This document shows, one piece after another, positions 1-10,518 of a stretch of 32,000 bases of DNA (its first letter is position 1; each line of letters begins with the position of its first letter). The position numbers and the translations under genes were made by a program. Source of the stretch: an uncultured delta proteobacterium (lineage in GTDB: Bacteria > Desulfobacterota > Syntrophorhabdia > Syntrophorhabdales > WCHB1-27); assembly GCA_963825005.1 (NCBI GenBank), contig CAWGRP010000004.1, forward strand, positions 1 through 32,000, in the 5' to 3' direction. The notes under the pieces are model-generated. The model searched no databases and had not been told where the DNA came from. It was given only the letters and a program-made list of their open reading frames with translations.

Positions 1-105
1 ATCAATTCTTAACATTCTCTTAATGGCAATGTGGTACGTAAAAAGGTACAGTATTTGAAATCTCCTTCTCCACGCTTACGGATGAGGGTTCTACCGGGAG
101 GCATA

Positions 106-2130
106 ATGAAAAAGGGTTCGTCAAAGCAGGCGTCCGCACTTATTCTCATTTTCTTCTCTTCCATTATTTTTCTGTCATGCGGTTATAACAGCTCGGACAT
201 TAAAGCGGACGCGGACGGCGCCGGCAAGAGGATGGGAAGAAAAGTAGTCATTTTCGTGTGGGATGGTCTTCGGCCTGATAGCGTCAATCCTTCAAGCACG
301 CCCAACCTCTGGAAGCTCGCGCAAGGAGGTGTATTCTTTCGGAGCAACCACGCCACGTTTCCCACATTCACCATGATGAATTCGTCGTCCTTCAACGCAG
401 GCAGTTACCCGGATAAGACAGGATTTTATGGCAATACGATGTATCGGCCAGGCGCGTCAGGGAAGAACGCGAGCGGCTCAACAGTCGACTACAACCAGCC
501 TGTAATGGTTGAAGACTGGAACATCATCGAAAGCCTTAACTCGTATTACAACGGACAGCTCTTTCTGGTGAAAAGGCTTCTTCAGGCCGCACAGGAGAAG
601 GGCCTCACCACTGCGATCGTGGGAAAGTCCGGTGCAGCCTTTATGTTCGATCTCGATAAGAAAGGCTATGGAATCGATGAAAACACAGTATTCCCTCAAT
701 CGCTTGCCGCTGAACTTCAGAATGCGGGCTTCGTCCTTCCCAGAAACACACCGACGATGTGGCCTGATCTGAAGCTCGCGAGCTCGAATGGCAACCCGAC
801 GAACCGGCCGGCGCCATCTATATTGTCAGACGGCGTCACGCCTGATCCGACAACCGGAGTAACGTCGCCCAATGCAAACGCAAACCGTTACATGATGGAT
901 GTCTATCTCAAGCACATACTTGCAACCCACAAGCCTGATCTTTCGGTCATATGGTTAAGGGACCCCGATGCCACGGAGCACAGTTACGGTGTTGGATCCA
1001 AGGCATATGCCGACGCGCTCGGCAGTATGGATACGATGCTGGGCCAGCTCATCGCAACGCTTAACGACCTTAAGATCGACGACGTAACAGATATCATCGT
1101 TGTCTCCGACCACGGCCACAGCAATGTTTCCGGCGATCTTTCTCTGTTTCCGCTCCGCTCGATTTCTGACAAAGCTGTCAGAGAGGTTGATCCCGTAAAC
1201 GGCTTCTCGGTTTCCGGAGATGTCAGACTGGCGCAACTCCTCGCGGACAATGGCGTGGTGAGCAACGTATACGATGGAGGCAGATCAAAATATGACCCGG
1301 TGCTCTGCGGCATCATGGCAGGCGGGGCAAAGGCCTATCCTGATCAGATGGACACCGACGGAACCGTAACCGGAAAGGCGGGCAGCACGTATACGACAAG
1401 GAGTTTCGTGGTTCCAGCCACGCTTCCTTCCGACGCGGTCGTCATCGCTGCAAACGGAGGAAGCGACTATCTCTACGTGCCATCGAAGAACGGAAGCATT
1501 GTCAAGAAAATCGTCGCATTCCTTCAGCAACGCGAGGAGTTTGGCGCGATATTCGTTGACGACAAGTACGGTGCAACCGCGGGCACGTTTCCGCTCAGCG
1601 CTGTACGTCTCGAAAACACGAGCGGAAGAAATCCTGACATTGTCGTCAGCTACAACTACGACGAGAATGCAGTCATCCAGGGAATCAGGGGCACCGAATA
1701 CGAAAGCATGATGACTAATCGGGGTATGCATGGTTCTTTCAGCCCGATCGATGTGAACAACACCATGATTACCTTCGGGCCTGACTTCAAGAAAGGTGTC
1801 ATAAACAACACGCCATCCGGGAATACTGACGTTGCTCCCACTGTTGCTTTCCTTCTGGGTCTCAACCTTCCCGATACGGATGGACGCGTTTTGCATGAAT
1901 CGTTCCTGAAGTCCTCCGTAACCGTTTCGGTAAAGAACGCACGCACCGTGACGCGCTCCTCGACCGCGTCGGGGCTTGCCATCTACCTTCCGACGGCCGT
2001 GAAAAATTCGCCGGCGAATAGCGCTAGAGGAAAATCCGCCTACTTCATCAATCTCTCGACATCGACGACTGCGGACTCGACAGGGAAATCGGTCACCTAT
2101 TTTGACTACGCGCAAGCAATCAGAGAGTGA
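106..2130 (+). CDS. Type I phosphodiesterase/nucleotide pyrophosphatase (alkaline phosphatase superfamily), predicted lipoprotein
   Basis: ORF 31..2130; ATG at 106 has an upstream GGGAGG and is followed by a lipobox-like signal (ILIFFSSIIFLSCG). Motifs: VVIFVWDGLRPDSVNPSSTPNLWKLAQGG, TFPTFTMMNSSSF, IIVVSDHGHS, MHGSFSPIDVNNTMITFGPDFKKG. Confidence 0.9.
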   Translation: MKKGSSKQASALILIFFSSIIFLSCGYNSSDIKADADGAGKRMGRKVVIFVWDGLRPDSVNPSSTPNLWKLAQGGVFFRSNHATFPTFTMMNSSSFNAGSYPDKTGFYGNTMYRPGASGKNASGSTVDYNQPVMVEDWNIIESLNSYYNGQLFLVKRLLQAAQEKGLTTAIVGKSGAAFMFDLDKKGYGIDENTVFPQSLAAELQNAGFVLPRNTPTMWPDLKLASSNGNPTNRPAPSILSDGVTPDPTTGVTSPNANANRYMMDVYLKHILATHKPDLSVIWLRDPDATEHSYGVGSKAYADALGSMDTMLGQLIATLNDLKIDDVTDIIVVSDHGHSNVSGDLSLFPLRSISDKAVREVDPVNGFSVSGDVRLAQLLADNGVVSNVYDGGRSKYDPVLCGIMAGGAKAYPDQMDTDGTVTGKAGSTYTTRSFVVPATLPSDAVVIAANGGSDYLYVPSKNGSIVKKIVAFLQQREEFGAIFVDDKYGATAGTFPLSAVRLENTSGRNPDIVVSYNYDENAVIQGIRGTEYESMMTNRGMHGSFSPIDVNNTMITFGPDFKKGVINNTPSGNTDVAPTVAFLLGLNLPDTDGRVLHESFLKSSVTVSVKNARTVTRSSTASGLAIYLPTAVKNSPANSARGKSAYFINLSTSTTADSTGKSVTYFDYAQAIRE

Positions 2131-2140
2131 AAGCGACTTT

Positions 2141-2776
2141 ATGAGAGTCTCATACAGACGAACCGTGAAACAGCGTACGCATATCGCTATACGCCTTTTG
2201 CTTTTGTTACTGTTCGTGGCGGCCGCGCATACGACGTACGCTTCCAATCCGCGATGGGCATTGCAGGTTGAAGGGGAGTATTATGGAAAGGAGGCGGTAG
2301 TCTTTTCGCTTCTCATGACGCAGACTCGTTTCGTTAAGTCCTACAGCAACGGGATTACGATCACGGGCGTCAAGACGGCAAACGGCCCGGTCTACTATTT
2401 TATTAAGAGTGATGGGAAGCTCATCGTCAAAGTCAGCCAGGATAACCTGTACCGGATCGGCGAAATGACAAACTGGGAGATGATGACGAAACTGACACGA
2501 TTTGGCGACGGCGCCGGTCTCGTGAGCGAAAACAAGAGCGATACGGAGAATGCGTGCAGATGGTATAGGGCTGAAAAAGAAGAGGTCAGGCTTTGCATGC
2601 ATGAGCGCTTCAAGCTCCCGGTTTACGTAGAAAGCAAAGGCAAAATAGTCGCCCACATCAAAAAGATGAATTATACGAAAGCACCGGTTGATCCGAAAAA
2701 AATTATCGACCGCTATGTGAAGGAAGGTTACCGGTTTGTGGATGCAGACGAGGATATCTCGCCCGATACGGATTAG
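2141..2776 (+). CDS. Hypothetical secreted protein
   Basis: ORF following the phosphodiesterase; N-terminal signal-like MRVSYRRTVKQRTHIAIRLLLLLLFVAAAHTTYA; no family recognised. Confidence 0.7.
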   Translation: MRVSYRRTVKQRTHIAIRLLLLLLFVAAAHTTYASNPRWALQVEGEYYGKEAVVFSLLMTQTRFVKSYSNGITITGVKTANGPVYYFIKSDGKLIVKVSQDNLYRIGEMTNWEMMTKLTRFGDGAGLVSENKSDTENACRWYRAEKEEVRLCMHERFKLPVYVESKGKIVAHIKKMNYTKAPVDPKKIIDRYVKEGYRFVDADEDISPDTD

Positions 2777-3150
2777 GCGCCAATAGCCCTTAAAAAACGG
2801 GATTAGTGATAACGCATTTCACAAAGATTTAATGCGGCCTTCACAGGTTCGTAACATAGTGCGGGTATACTGGAATCATGTGCAAAGATCGGATAGTACA
2901 TCAGCTGCTCTATTTGATTTCCTTCCTGGTCTGCTTTGTCGTCATCGAAGCATTTACCCACGTGCTGAAGATCTGCGTGTTGTGCGGATATTTTAAGCGC
3001 GGCGAAGATTATCCCCATTCCGTGAACTCACATCCCTGTGAGATATCAACCCACCGAATTATCTGAACATTAACCGACACTGCATTAGTTCTTAACACTC
3101 AGCCCCGATAATTATAACAAAACGAAAACACCAAAAAAAGAGGAGTACGC

Positions 3151-3930
3151 ATGAATTGTTGGATGAGAAGACTTGCAAAACAGCACCGTATGATGAGGAG
3201 ACGCTATCCGAAGGAGCAGTTGATTGTTGTTTTTGACATAGATGACACGATTCTCGATCTCCGTCATATGATCCTGAACGTGCTCACATCTTTTGACAGG
3301 CGCCACGATACGAACCATTTTCGAGGTCTCTCCCTGCAGGATATAGTTGTCAGTGAAACGGAGATCCAGCGAATGATGACAGAAACGCGGATACCCGAAC
3401 GTGATAAGCGAAAGATCACGCAATGGTTTACCGAGCAAGCATGGTCGAGCCCGGTAATATCGCGCGCCCACCGGCCTTTCCCGGGCGTATTGGATGTGAT
3501 ACGCTGGCTTGAGTCGCAGGAGAATACCTGTGTGGGGCTTAATACGGGAAGGCCGGAGAGCATCAGAAAGGAAACGCTCCTATCGCTCAACAGGATCGGG
3601 CAGGCCCATGGTGTCCGCTTTCATAATGATCTGCTGTTCATGAGCCCTTACGGTTGGGGCGAGCGCATTGTTGAGTCGAAGGTGCAGGGCATCAGCCATT
3701 TTAAGGAGCGCGGTTTTCGTATCGCGGCATTCGTGGACAACGAACCGGAGAACCTGCGTGCCGTGGCCGAATTCGACCGAACGGGAGAAATCCTGCTGCT
3801 TCACGCAGATACGGTGTATAGCTCGGGCAAAGAAATGATTCCCGAACGCGCGGTGAGCGGCGCGGTATACGACATTTCCAGGCTGCTCCTCAGCAGTGCA
3901 GGGAAAAATGAGCTGGGGGAAGCAGCCTGA
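3151..3930 (+). CDS. HAD-superfamily hydrolase-like protein
   Basis: DxD motif in VVFDIDDTILD, NTGRPESIRKE, and IAAFVDNEPENL. Confidence 0.8.
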   Translation: MNCWMRRLAKQHRMMRRRYPKEQLIVVFDIDDTILDLRHMILNVLTSFDRRHDTNHFRGLSLQDIVVSETEIQRMMTETRIPERDKRKITQWFTEQAWSSPVISRAHRPFPGVLDVIRWLESQENTCVGLNTGRPESIRKETLLSLNRIGQAHGVRFHNDLLFMSPYGWGERIVESKVQGISHFKERGFRIAAFVDNEPENLRAVAEFDRTGEILLLHADTVYSSGKEMIPERAVSGAVYDISRLLLSSAGKNELGEAA

Positions 3931-3955
3931 TGTTCGAATTCATTAGGAATGAACG

Positions 3956-4192
3956 TTAGCGCTCCTCCCTGCCGTACTCGGTCCCTCCATGTTGTTTACC
4001 GCGCGAAGGTCCGCCACTTTCGCTGGTATCTTTCCAGCCGTCGCTTCGCGGCGAGCAACATCTGAAATGGTTTCCGAAGTGGCCTCCGAAGAACATCCTC
4101 ATGCAGAAGAACATCATGACTAAACAGACGAGGAACATGATCGGGAAAATCCACCACATCCATGCAAATGGTGCGTTACACCAGAACCACAT
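3956..4192 (-). CDS. Small Trp/Phe/Cys-rich single-TM protein
   Basis: ATG at 4192 preceded by AGGAGGAAAGG; product MWFWCNAPFAWMWWIFPIMFLVCLVMMFFCMRMFFGG...; downstream of the VKOR-like gene. Confidence 0.55.
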   Translation of the reverse strand: MWFWCNAPFAWMWWIFPIMFLVCLVMMFFCMRMFFGGHFGNHFRCCSPRSDGWKDTSESGGPSRGKQHGGTEYGREER

Positions 4193-4292
4193 AGCCTTTC
4201 CTCCTTTTCGCGAATCGACGATCTGAGATGAACGGTCGGGTCGTCGGTTTAACTGTGTAGACGAGATCAGCGCCCAAAAGGATACAGGTGCT

Positions 4293-4790
4293 TCATAAGA
4301 ATGATGATCCAAAACGCATCTTCGCCTCTTCTCCATTCGTGATCGGCTCATGACCTCCGGAGAGCGCCTTAAAGTGCGCGATTGCGGAGAGGAATAGAAG
4401 AACCGTTAAGATGGCCGATATCAGACAGTAAATGCAAAAGGCGCGGATCACGGTAATATCGAGATACATGAAGCCTATTGAACCGCACACCCCTATCGCA
4501 GTGTAGAGAAGAGAGGCCAGGCGCAAACCGCGCCGGGACGAGCAGAACACGAGAAGTGCCGCGAGTACGAGCATGATCAGATAGAAGAAGACTCCAAAGT
4601 ACCCTATCGGCACGCCCCCAATGCGCCCGTCCGGACTGTAGGCGACGGTATTACAACCGTCGATCGGAGGGGGACACCACAGCAACTGACCCATGTAGAT
4701 CATGTACACGTCGTAAAGCGCGATGCTCATGCCGATAAGTGCGTAGACGAACATCAGATACGGGTGGAAGATAGTTCTTTCTGTTTCCAT
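4293..4790 (-). CDS. Vitamin K epoxide reductase (VKOR)-family membrane protein
   Basis: Four-TM pattern with LLWCPPPIDGCNTVAYSP...GVPIGYFGVFFYL and C-terminal CIYC motif in FCIYCLISAIL. Confidence 0.75.
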   Translation of the reverse strand: METERTIFHPYLMFVYALIGMSIALYDVYMIYMGQLLWCPPPIDGCNTVAYSPDGRIGGVPIGYFGVFFYLIMLVLAALLVFCSSRRGLRLASLLYTAIGVCGSIGFMYLDITVIRAFCIYCLISAILTVLLFLSAIAHFKALSGGHEPITNGEEAKMRFGSSFL

Positions 4791-4815
4791 TGCAGGTACC
4801 TCCTTTGGTTGATTT

Positions 4816-4835
4816 ATGTGAATATATATTCACAT
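4816..4835. promoter_or_regulatory. Perfect 20-bp palindrome ATGTGAATATATATTCACAT; candidate TetR operator upstream of the VKOR-like gene
   Basis: ATGTGAATAT is the exact reverse complement of ATATTCACAT; located between the tetR-like stop (4852) and the VKOR-like start (4790). Confidence 0.7.
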
Positions 4836-4851
4836 ATGTGGCAAAAAAAAA

Positions 4852-5442
4852 TCAGCACACGAGCCTCACAAAATTGCTCCACAGCTTACCCGCCTCTACT
4901 CTAATATCGAAGGATTCGGCCCCGATAGTCCAACGGAGCGCTGTCGATTGGATTAAGCCGAGAAAAGTCAGGGCTGTCTCCCTTGGGGACAGCCCCTTCC
5001 GGAAGTCCCCCTCATCGATACCCGCCGCAATGATGCCCGCCAGTGTCTCTACGTAGTCCCGCAGTCGTAAGGATATCTTCTCTCCCAATTTTCTATTGCC
5101 AAGGCGCAGGTCTTCCGAAAAAATCAGACGTGGCATCCCAGGGTTTTTCTCGATCATTGTCATATGGGAAAAGAAGATGGTCTCCAATTTCTCCAGAGGA
5201 CTTCTGCTTCTCGCCGCAATGCCTGCTGCTTTTTCCATGACGGCCGCCCCTATGAAGTCCGCAAGCGCAGCATAGACGTCGTCTTTACTTCCAAAATGTC
5301 TATAAATGTTAGCTTCACTCATCCCCGCCGTTTTAGCGATGGCTGTAATAGTGAGAGCCTTGGCCCCGCCCTTTCCCAATACTTTTAGGGCCGCCTGGAC
5401 GATTTCCTCTTTTCTTATGTGCGTGCTCTTTTTTTCTGTCAT
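4852..5442 (-). CDS. TetR-family transcriptional regulator
   Basis: N-terminal HTH: KEEIVQAALKVLGKGGAKALTITAIAKTAGMSEANIYRHFGSKDDVYAAL. Confidence 0.93.
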   Translation of the reverse strand: MTEKKSTHIRKEEIVQAALKVLGKGGAKALTITAIAKTAGMSEANIYRHFGSKDDVYAALADFIGAAVMEKAAGIAARSRSPLEKLETIFFSHMTMIEKNPGMPRLIFSEDLRLGNRKLGEKISLRLRDYVETLAGIIAAGIDEGDFRKGLSPRETALTFLGLIQSTALRWTIGAESFDIRVEAGKLWSNFVRLVC

Positions 5443-5447
5443 GCTGC

Positions 5448-5471
5448 TAATGTGAATATCTATTTACATTA
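5448..5471. promoter_or_regulatory. Imperfect inverted repeat TAATGTGAATATCTATTTACATTA; candidate autoregulatory TetR operator
   Basis: Shares the TGTGAATAT half-site with the palindrome at 4816-4835; lies directly upstream of the tetR-like start. Confidence 0.6.
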
Positions 5472-5647
5472 AACCAGAGATCGTTTTCCATGTCAAGCAA
5501 AAAGTTCAAGGCAAAGAAGTTGCGCTCTCATGGGCAGATAAGGATGATGCAATATTTCGAGTGACAACGGTTGGCCCGCGCTTTCCCTGCCGGTCGTGAT
5601 GTATCGGTACAGGCAGCTCACCATCATGGCGGTCTGGCAGTCCTGGT

Positions 5648-7011
5648 TCAGCTTGCCACTGAGAGCACTCTTTCTAAATGCTGTACCGCCATCTGAACCG
5701 GATCCCACGGAGAACTGAGAGGCGGAGTATAGCTCAGATCATACGCGCAAAATTCGCGGACCGTCGCTCCATGAAACAGCGCTGTCGCAAAGATGTCGAT
5801 CCGCTTTGATACCTCGGTGCCGTAAGTACCGATCATCTGGGCACCCAGGAGCCTTCCCGTGGTTCTGTCCGCTGTTACACGGATGTACAGCTTATGGGCG
5901 GGCGGATAATACACCTTGTGGTCCCACGTCTCGAGGTCCGCGGTCACGGGAGTGAATCCTGCACCCCATGCCTCTTTTTCGTTCAGGCCTGTCCGTGCGA
6001 CCACCTTGTCGAAGACCTTCACCGATTGAGTGCCAAAAGCACCGTCGAATTCCGCCAAACCGCCGAGAGCGTTTTCACCGGCGATCCTGCCCTGCTTGTG
6101 GGCGACAGTACCGAGGGGGAGATAGGTATTCTTTCGGAGGATTCCGTGCCAGGTTTCTGCGCAGTCACCCGCCGCATAGACATCGGGTATGGTCGTTTCC
6201 ATCCTGCGATTCACCTGGAGCGCCCCTCTTACCCCCGTCTCGATGCCGATGGAGCGGCCAAGGGCCGTGTTCGGTACGCTGCCTACCGCCACCAGTACCA
6301 TGTCCGCGGAGAGGCTGAAGCCGTCGGTACCCTGGACGACCAGTTGATCTCCTCTCGGCTCCATGGACTCGACACCGATCCCCGTGCGGACCAATCACTC
6401 CGGACCCGGTGAGGGTCTCTTTGATACGCTCGCTGAAATCAGCATCGATCGAGGTCATCACCGATTCGGTGTATTCGACGACGGTTACCTCGACTCCCCG
6501 GCCCGTGAGGGCTTCGCACATCTCCATGCCGATGTAGCCGCCGCCCACGATGACCGCGCTCTTCGGGAGCCGGTGGTTCAGGAACTGCTCTATCGCAAAA
6601 CTGTCCGGCAGCGTGCGCAAAAGGAAGACTCCGGGATTATCCAGGCCGGCCATGCGGGGCCTCTGCGAGAGGGCGCCGGTACCTATCACAAGTTTGTCAT
6701 ATTCGAGGCGGGTCTCTGCGTTTGATTCGTCCGCAACGATCACCTGTTTCATCTTCGTATCGATGGAGGTTGCGGTACAACGAAGCATGAGCTTGATTCC
6801 CTGTCGCTCGATGTCCTCCCTTGTTCGATGAGCCAGATTCCTCCAGTCTGTCACCTCGTGGCTGATGTAGTAAGGCAAGCCGCAGATGCTGAAATTGGGG
6901 AATTCGTCGGCGACGATCACCGTGGGGACAATGTCCGGGTCCAGCTCCTTTGCCCGCAGGGCCGCACTGATGCCCGCATCGCTTCCACCAATAATCACGA
7001 GATTCTTCATT
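5648..7011 (-). CDS. FAD-dependent pyridine nucleotide-disulfide oxidoreductase (CoA-disulfide reductase-like), frameshifted in the given sequence
   Basis: N-terminal part in ORF 6165..7121 (MKNLVIIGGSDAGISAALRAKELDP...FPNFSICGLPYYIS), C-terminal part in ORF 5648..6394 (...VLVAVGSVPNTAL...IPDVYAAGDCAET). Removing one G near 6391 restores GVIVRTGIGVESME. Confidence 0.85.
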
Positions 7012-7283
7012 TGATTCTCCTTTATCGATTGCCTAATCTCTTGCGGGTTCCCGGCCCTATTGCAGGTCCGCAGGAGTCGTCCGACCATACCGTTTCGTGG
7101 TCGGCTCCGGCCGAACCGCACTTCAACTTCTTATAAGAAAACATAACAGCAATCTGTTAAGAGCCGGTTAAGAGGCGGAGCAGACCGCCGACATCCGGGA
7201 TGAGCCATCCGTTGCCGAGCGTGCGGGGGTGAGGAGCGGCGCATTGGACCGGGCTCAAGGCCACTTGTACCGCACCTCGTCTT

Positions 7284-10200
7284 CTATCTCTTGATGAGCT
7301 TCACCTTTGTATCATAGAAGGAAACGCTGCCGCCCACCGGATCTAGCATACAGGTATTCTTGAGATAAGGATCCACCCACATGGCCGCGTTGGCGTGCAC
7401 GCCCGTTGCCCTCCTAGGGTCACCCTTCACGACGATCCCGTCGATTGTCACGTCTGTCGCGCCCGTTGCCCAGTGACCATGGCCCAGCGTAAAGGTGATC
7501 ACACCGGGCATGATCGTTTCCGTGACCTGTGCCTTGCCGATCATCGGCTTTACCGTGCCGTTCTTGAGGTCCCAGACGCCCTCCCGATTGGTGGCCGACA
7601 CGACTTTCATACGATCGCCCTCTCGTATCCCCAGCTTATTTGCATCGAGCGGATTGATGATGATGGCGTTCTCGGGGAGCAGCGTGAGGAGCCAATAGTT
7701 GGGGATGGTTCGCGATTTGGTCATCGTGATATCTTTCTGGGTTATCAGGTGCAGGGGGTAGCCTTCTTCCAACCCTGCGTCTTTCGGCGAGGTCCCGAGA
7801 GCGGTCACCACGGGGAGGTACGTGGCGTACCCCGCGTTTGATTTACCGGTGAAGGAGTTCTTCGTCCCCACGGTCTTCTCCTGATAGATGTTGATGGCCC
7901 GCCCGTACTTGTTGACCACCTGGTCACCCTTGTAGATGTCCTTGTAGTCCTGGAACCTGCCACCCCTGTTGAGTACGTAGATGACCTTCCGCCAGTTCGG
8001 CCCTGCAATGCGCTCCCAACGCTTCGCGTCGAAGATTGTCGGGGGGAGATGCTGCCTCGCATCCAGGAAGAGCTTGACTTCCCGGTCGTCGGCATCGGGC
8101 ACGGGTGAGCCGTCCGTGGCAACATTGGCCACCATCCGGATGTAGAAATCATCCTGCCTGGTGAACGGCTGGCCTGGGCCGAACCCATCCTTGCCGAAGC
8201 CCGGCATCCCGAGCTTTTCCGCGAAGGCCAGAAGCACCGACTCGAAGCAGCAGGGCATCTCCTCGCCGAAGACCTTCACCGTCTCCGCAAGGGGGGCGAT
8301 GACGGGCTGCCTGACCGGCTGGACCTTTGAGGGCATGTTGGGATGGGACCCATGGAACTCCCAGCGCTCGAGATAGCTCTCGCTCGGGAAAATGTAGTCG
8401 GCATACATGGTGGTCGTGCCGACGAGGATGTCGGTCGTGAAATAGAGGGGAACCTTTTCGAGGTTGGTCAGGATCTCGATGTTGGTCTGGCCGGCAGGCA
8501 ACGCATAGGCCGGTGTGCCCATGTAGCTGAAGACCGCCTTAACCGGGTACGGGTAGGCGTCGCCCATGGACGGCATGATCTCCTCATAGACGTCGCTGGC
8601 CAGGGGGTACCAGTTCCTTTTTGCGGGATATCCCTGAAAGAGCGTGCTGTCCTCGTATTTCACGTCATGCCGGATAAGGCTTATGCCGAACTTGGAGAGT
8701 CTTGTCGGGGGCGAGCTTGCCGAGATCGAAGGGCTGCCCCTCCTTCCCGCCGGTAATGTTATAGGTGGACGCCGCTATCATGCCGCCCTTCCAGTCGAAG
8801 TTCCCGAGCAGGAGATTAAGCGTCATCGCGGCGGTCACGTTGTAGAAGCCGTTGGTGTGCTGGGCTACGCCCCTGTGGACATCGACCGCGGCCCTTTTCC
8901 CGTAGCTCGTCAGTTCCTTCGCCGTAAGCTCCAGGTCTTTCACGGGGATCCCGCATATGTTCGACCACTCGTCCATCGTATGCGCGTTGGCCGATTCGAG
9001 AAGGATCTGGAGGCCGCTCTTCACCCTGATGCCCTTGATCTCCGTATCGACGAAGAGGTCGCCGGTCACCGCGTTCTTCTCATCGTTGGGGTCGACCGCC
9101 ACAGGTTTGCCGTCCTTCATGGCCACGAGGTACTCGAAGGCGTACTCCTTGCCCGCCTTGTCCTTGCGTTTCTCGATCTCCGCTATGCCGATCTCATGAG
9201 CTCTTACGAATTTGCCCGGCTTCCCTTCCTTGTCGATGGCGACAAGCAAGACGGCGTTGGTCCAGGTGGGCTCACCTGCCGCCTTCGCGGCTGCCTTATT
9301 GGCGTTTGCCAGGTATTTTGCGTCGTACTTCTTGTCCCTCAGCATCGCCTGGATGAGCGCCATGAAGAAAGCGGCGTCGGTTCCCGGTTTGATCGCCATG
9401 TACCGGTAGGCCTTGGCCGCAGCCTTGTTGAACCTCGGGTCGACGACCACGAGTTTTGTTTTTCCCTGGGTGATGTTCGGCATGATCCGGCGTTGCGGTT
9501 GGGCGGCCCGTAGTTCGCGTCGAACAGGTTGGATCCCACGCAAAGGATGTAGGCGGAGTTCTCCGTATCTGCCTGCCAGTAGAACTTGGGGCCTCCGGTG
9601 AACTTGTTGATTCTCGTACTGCTCGCTCATCGCCTTGCAGGTGAAGTAGAGGGAGCCCTGACAAACGGTCGTGTGGCCGTGGGTGTTGACGGTGCCGAAA
9701 TAGTCGTTGAAGAAGCGGTTGCCGAATTCGGCCCGGCCCGCCTTCAGCCTGCCCCACCAGTAGACCATCTGGTTATTCTTGGGGCCGAGGTCCGGATGGT
9801 CGGGATCGATCAGGTAGTGGAGGTTCTCGGCATGCTTCGTCTTGAACTCCTCCACCGCCTTTTTCTTATCCTTGGCGGAGAGAATGGCGGTTGCGTCCGC
9901 AGCCATCGCGCTCGCTATTTTTCTGTCACGCAGCACGTAGATATCCTTCAGGCCGGTGACCGTTCTGTTTTCCTCGCCAGGCACGTGGGCGAAGAGCAGG
10001 CCGCCATTAACAATCTCGTTGATGGCCTGGTCGAAGGGGACGGTCTGCCACTTGTTCTCACCCCTCTTGCCGGCCCTCTTGAGCACTTTTGTGATCCGGT
10101 ACGGATCGTAGGCCGTCTGGATACCGGCCTGGCCTTTCGGGCAGATCGCGCATATCGACCGTGTTCAGGTCGAAGGGTGACGTCTGATAAGGCGAATTGG

Positions 10201-10501
10201 GGAGGGCGACAAAGGGGTTATACGGGTTGCCGTCTATCTTCAGCGCAACGGCGCTACCGTTTTTTCTGAAGAACTTCACCTTGATGCCGCATCCCGTGTT
10301 GCACTGGAGGCACGACGTGTAGAGTATATTCTCGGCCTTGATGAGCTCGTATTCCTCTTCCGGCGTCAGCGTCCCCGCCTCCGCCCTGCGCAGCAGGTCC
10401 GCGGCCCACGCGGCCTCTGATGCCAGGAGCGTGCCGCCGAGGACGGCCGAACATTTGATGAAATCCCTCCTGGTTAGACCTTTGTCATTTTTTTCCGCCA
10501 T
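7284..10501 (-). CDS. TtrA/SrdA-like molybdopterin oxidoreductase catalytic subunit with Tat signal; at least four apparent frameshifts
   Basis: MAEKNDKGLTRRDFIKCSAVLGG Tat signal; YTSCLQCNTGCGIKVKFF cluster motif; out-of-frame ICAICPKGQAGIQTAYDPYRITKVLKRAGKRGENKWQTVPFDQAINEIV; HPDLGPKNNQM; PTWTNAVLLV; AYPYPVKAVFSYMGTPAYALP. These match recalled tetrathionate reductase A features. Spread over ORFs 10058..10870, 8665..10086, 9339..9539 and 7284..8663. Confidence 0.82.
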
Positions 10502-10518
10502 GTCCTCTGTCCCCTTAT

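Noticed and set aside
8644-9513. Long plus-strand ORF (289 aa) antisense to the TtrA-like gene, plus similar long plus-strand ORFs at 17514..18761, 23569..24468 and 9586..10269
   Set aside because: All are antisense shadows of high-GC coding sequence whose minus-strand products have clear family motifs.
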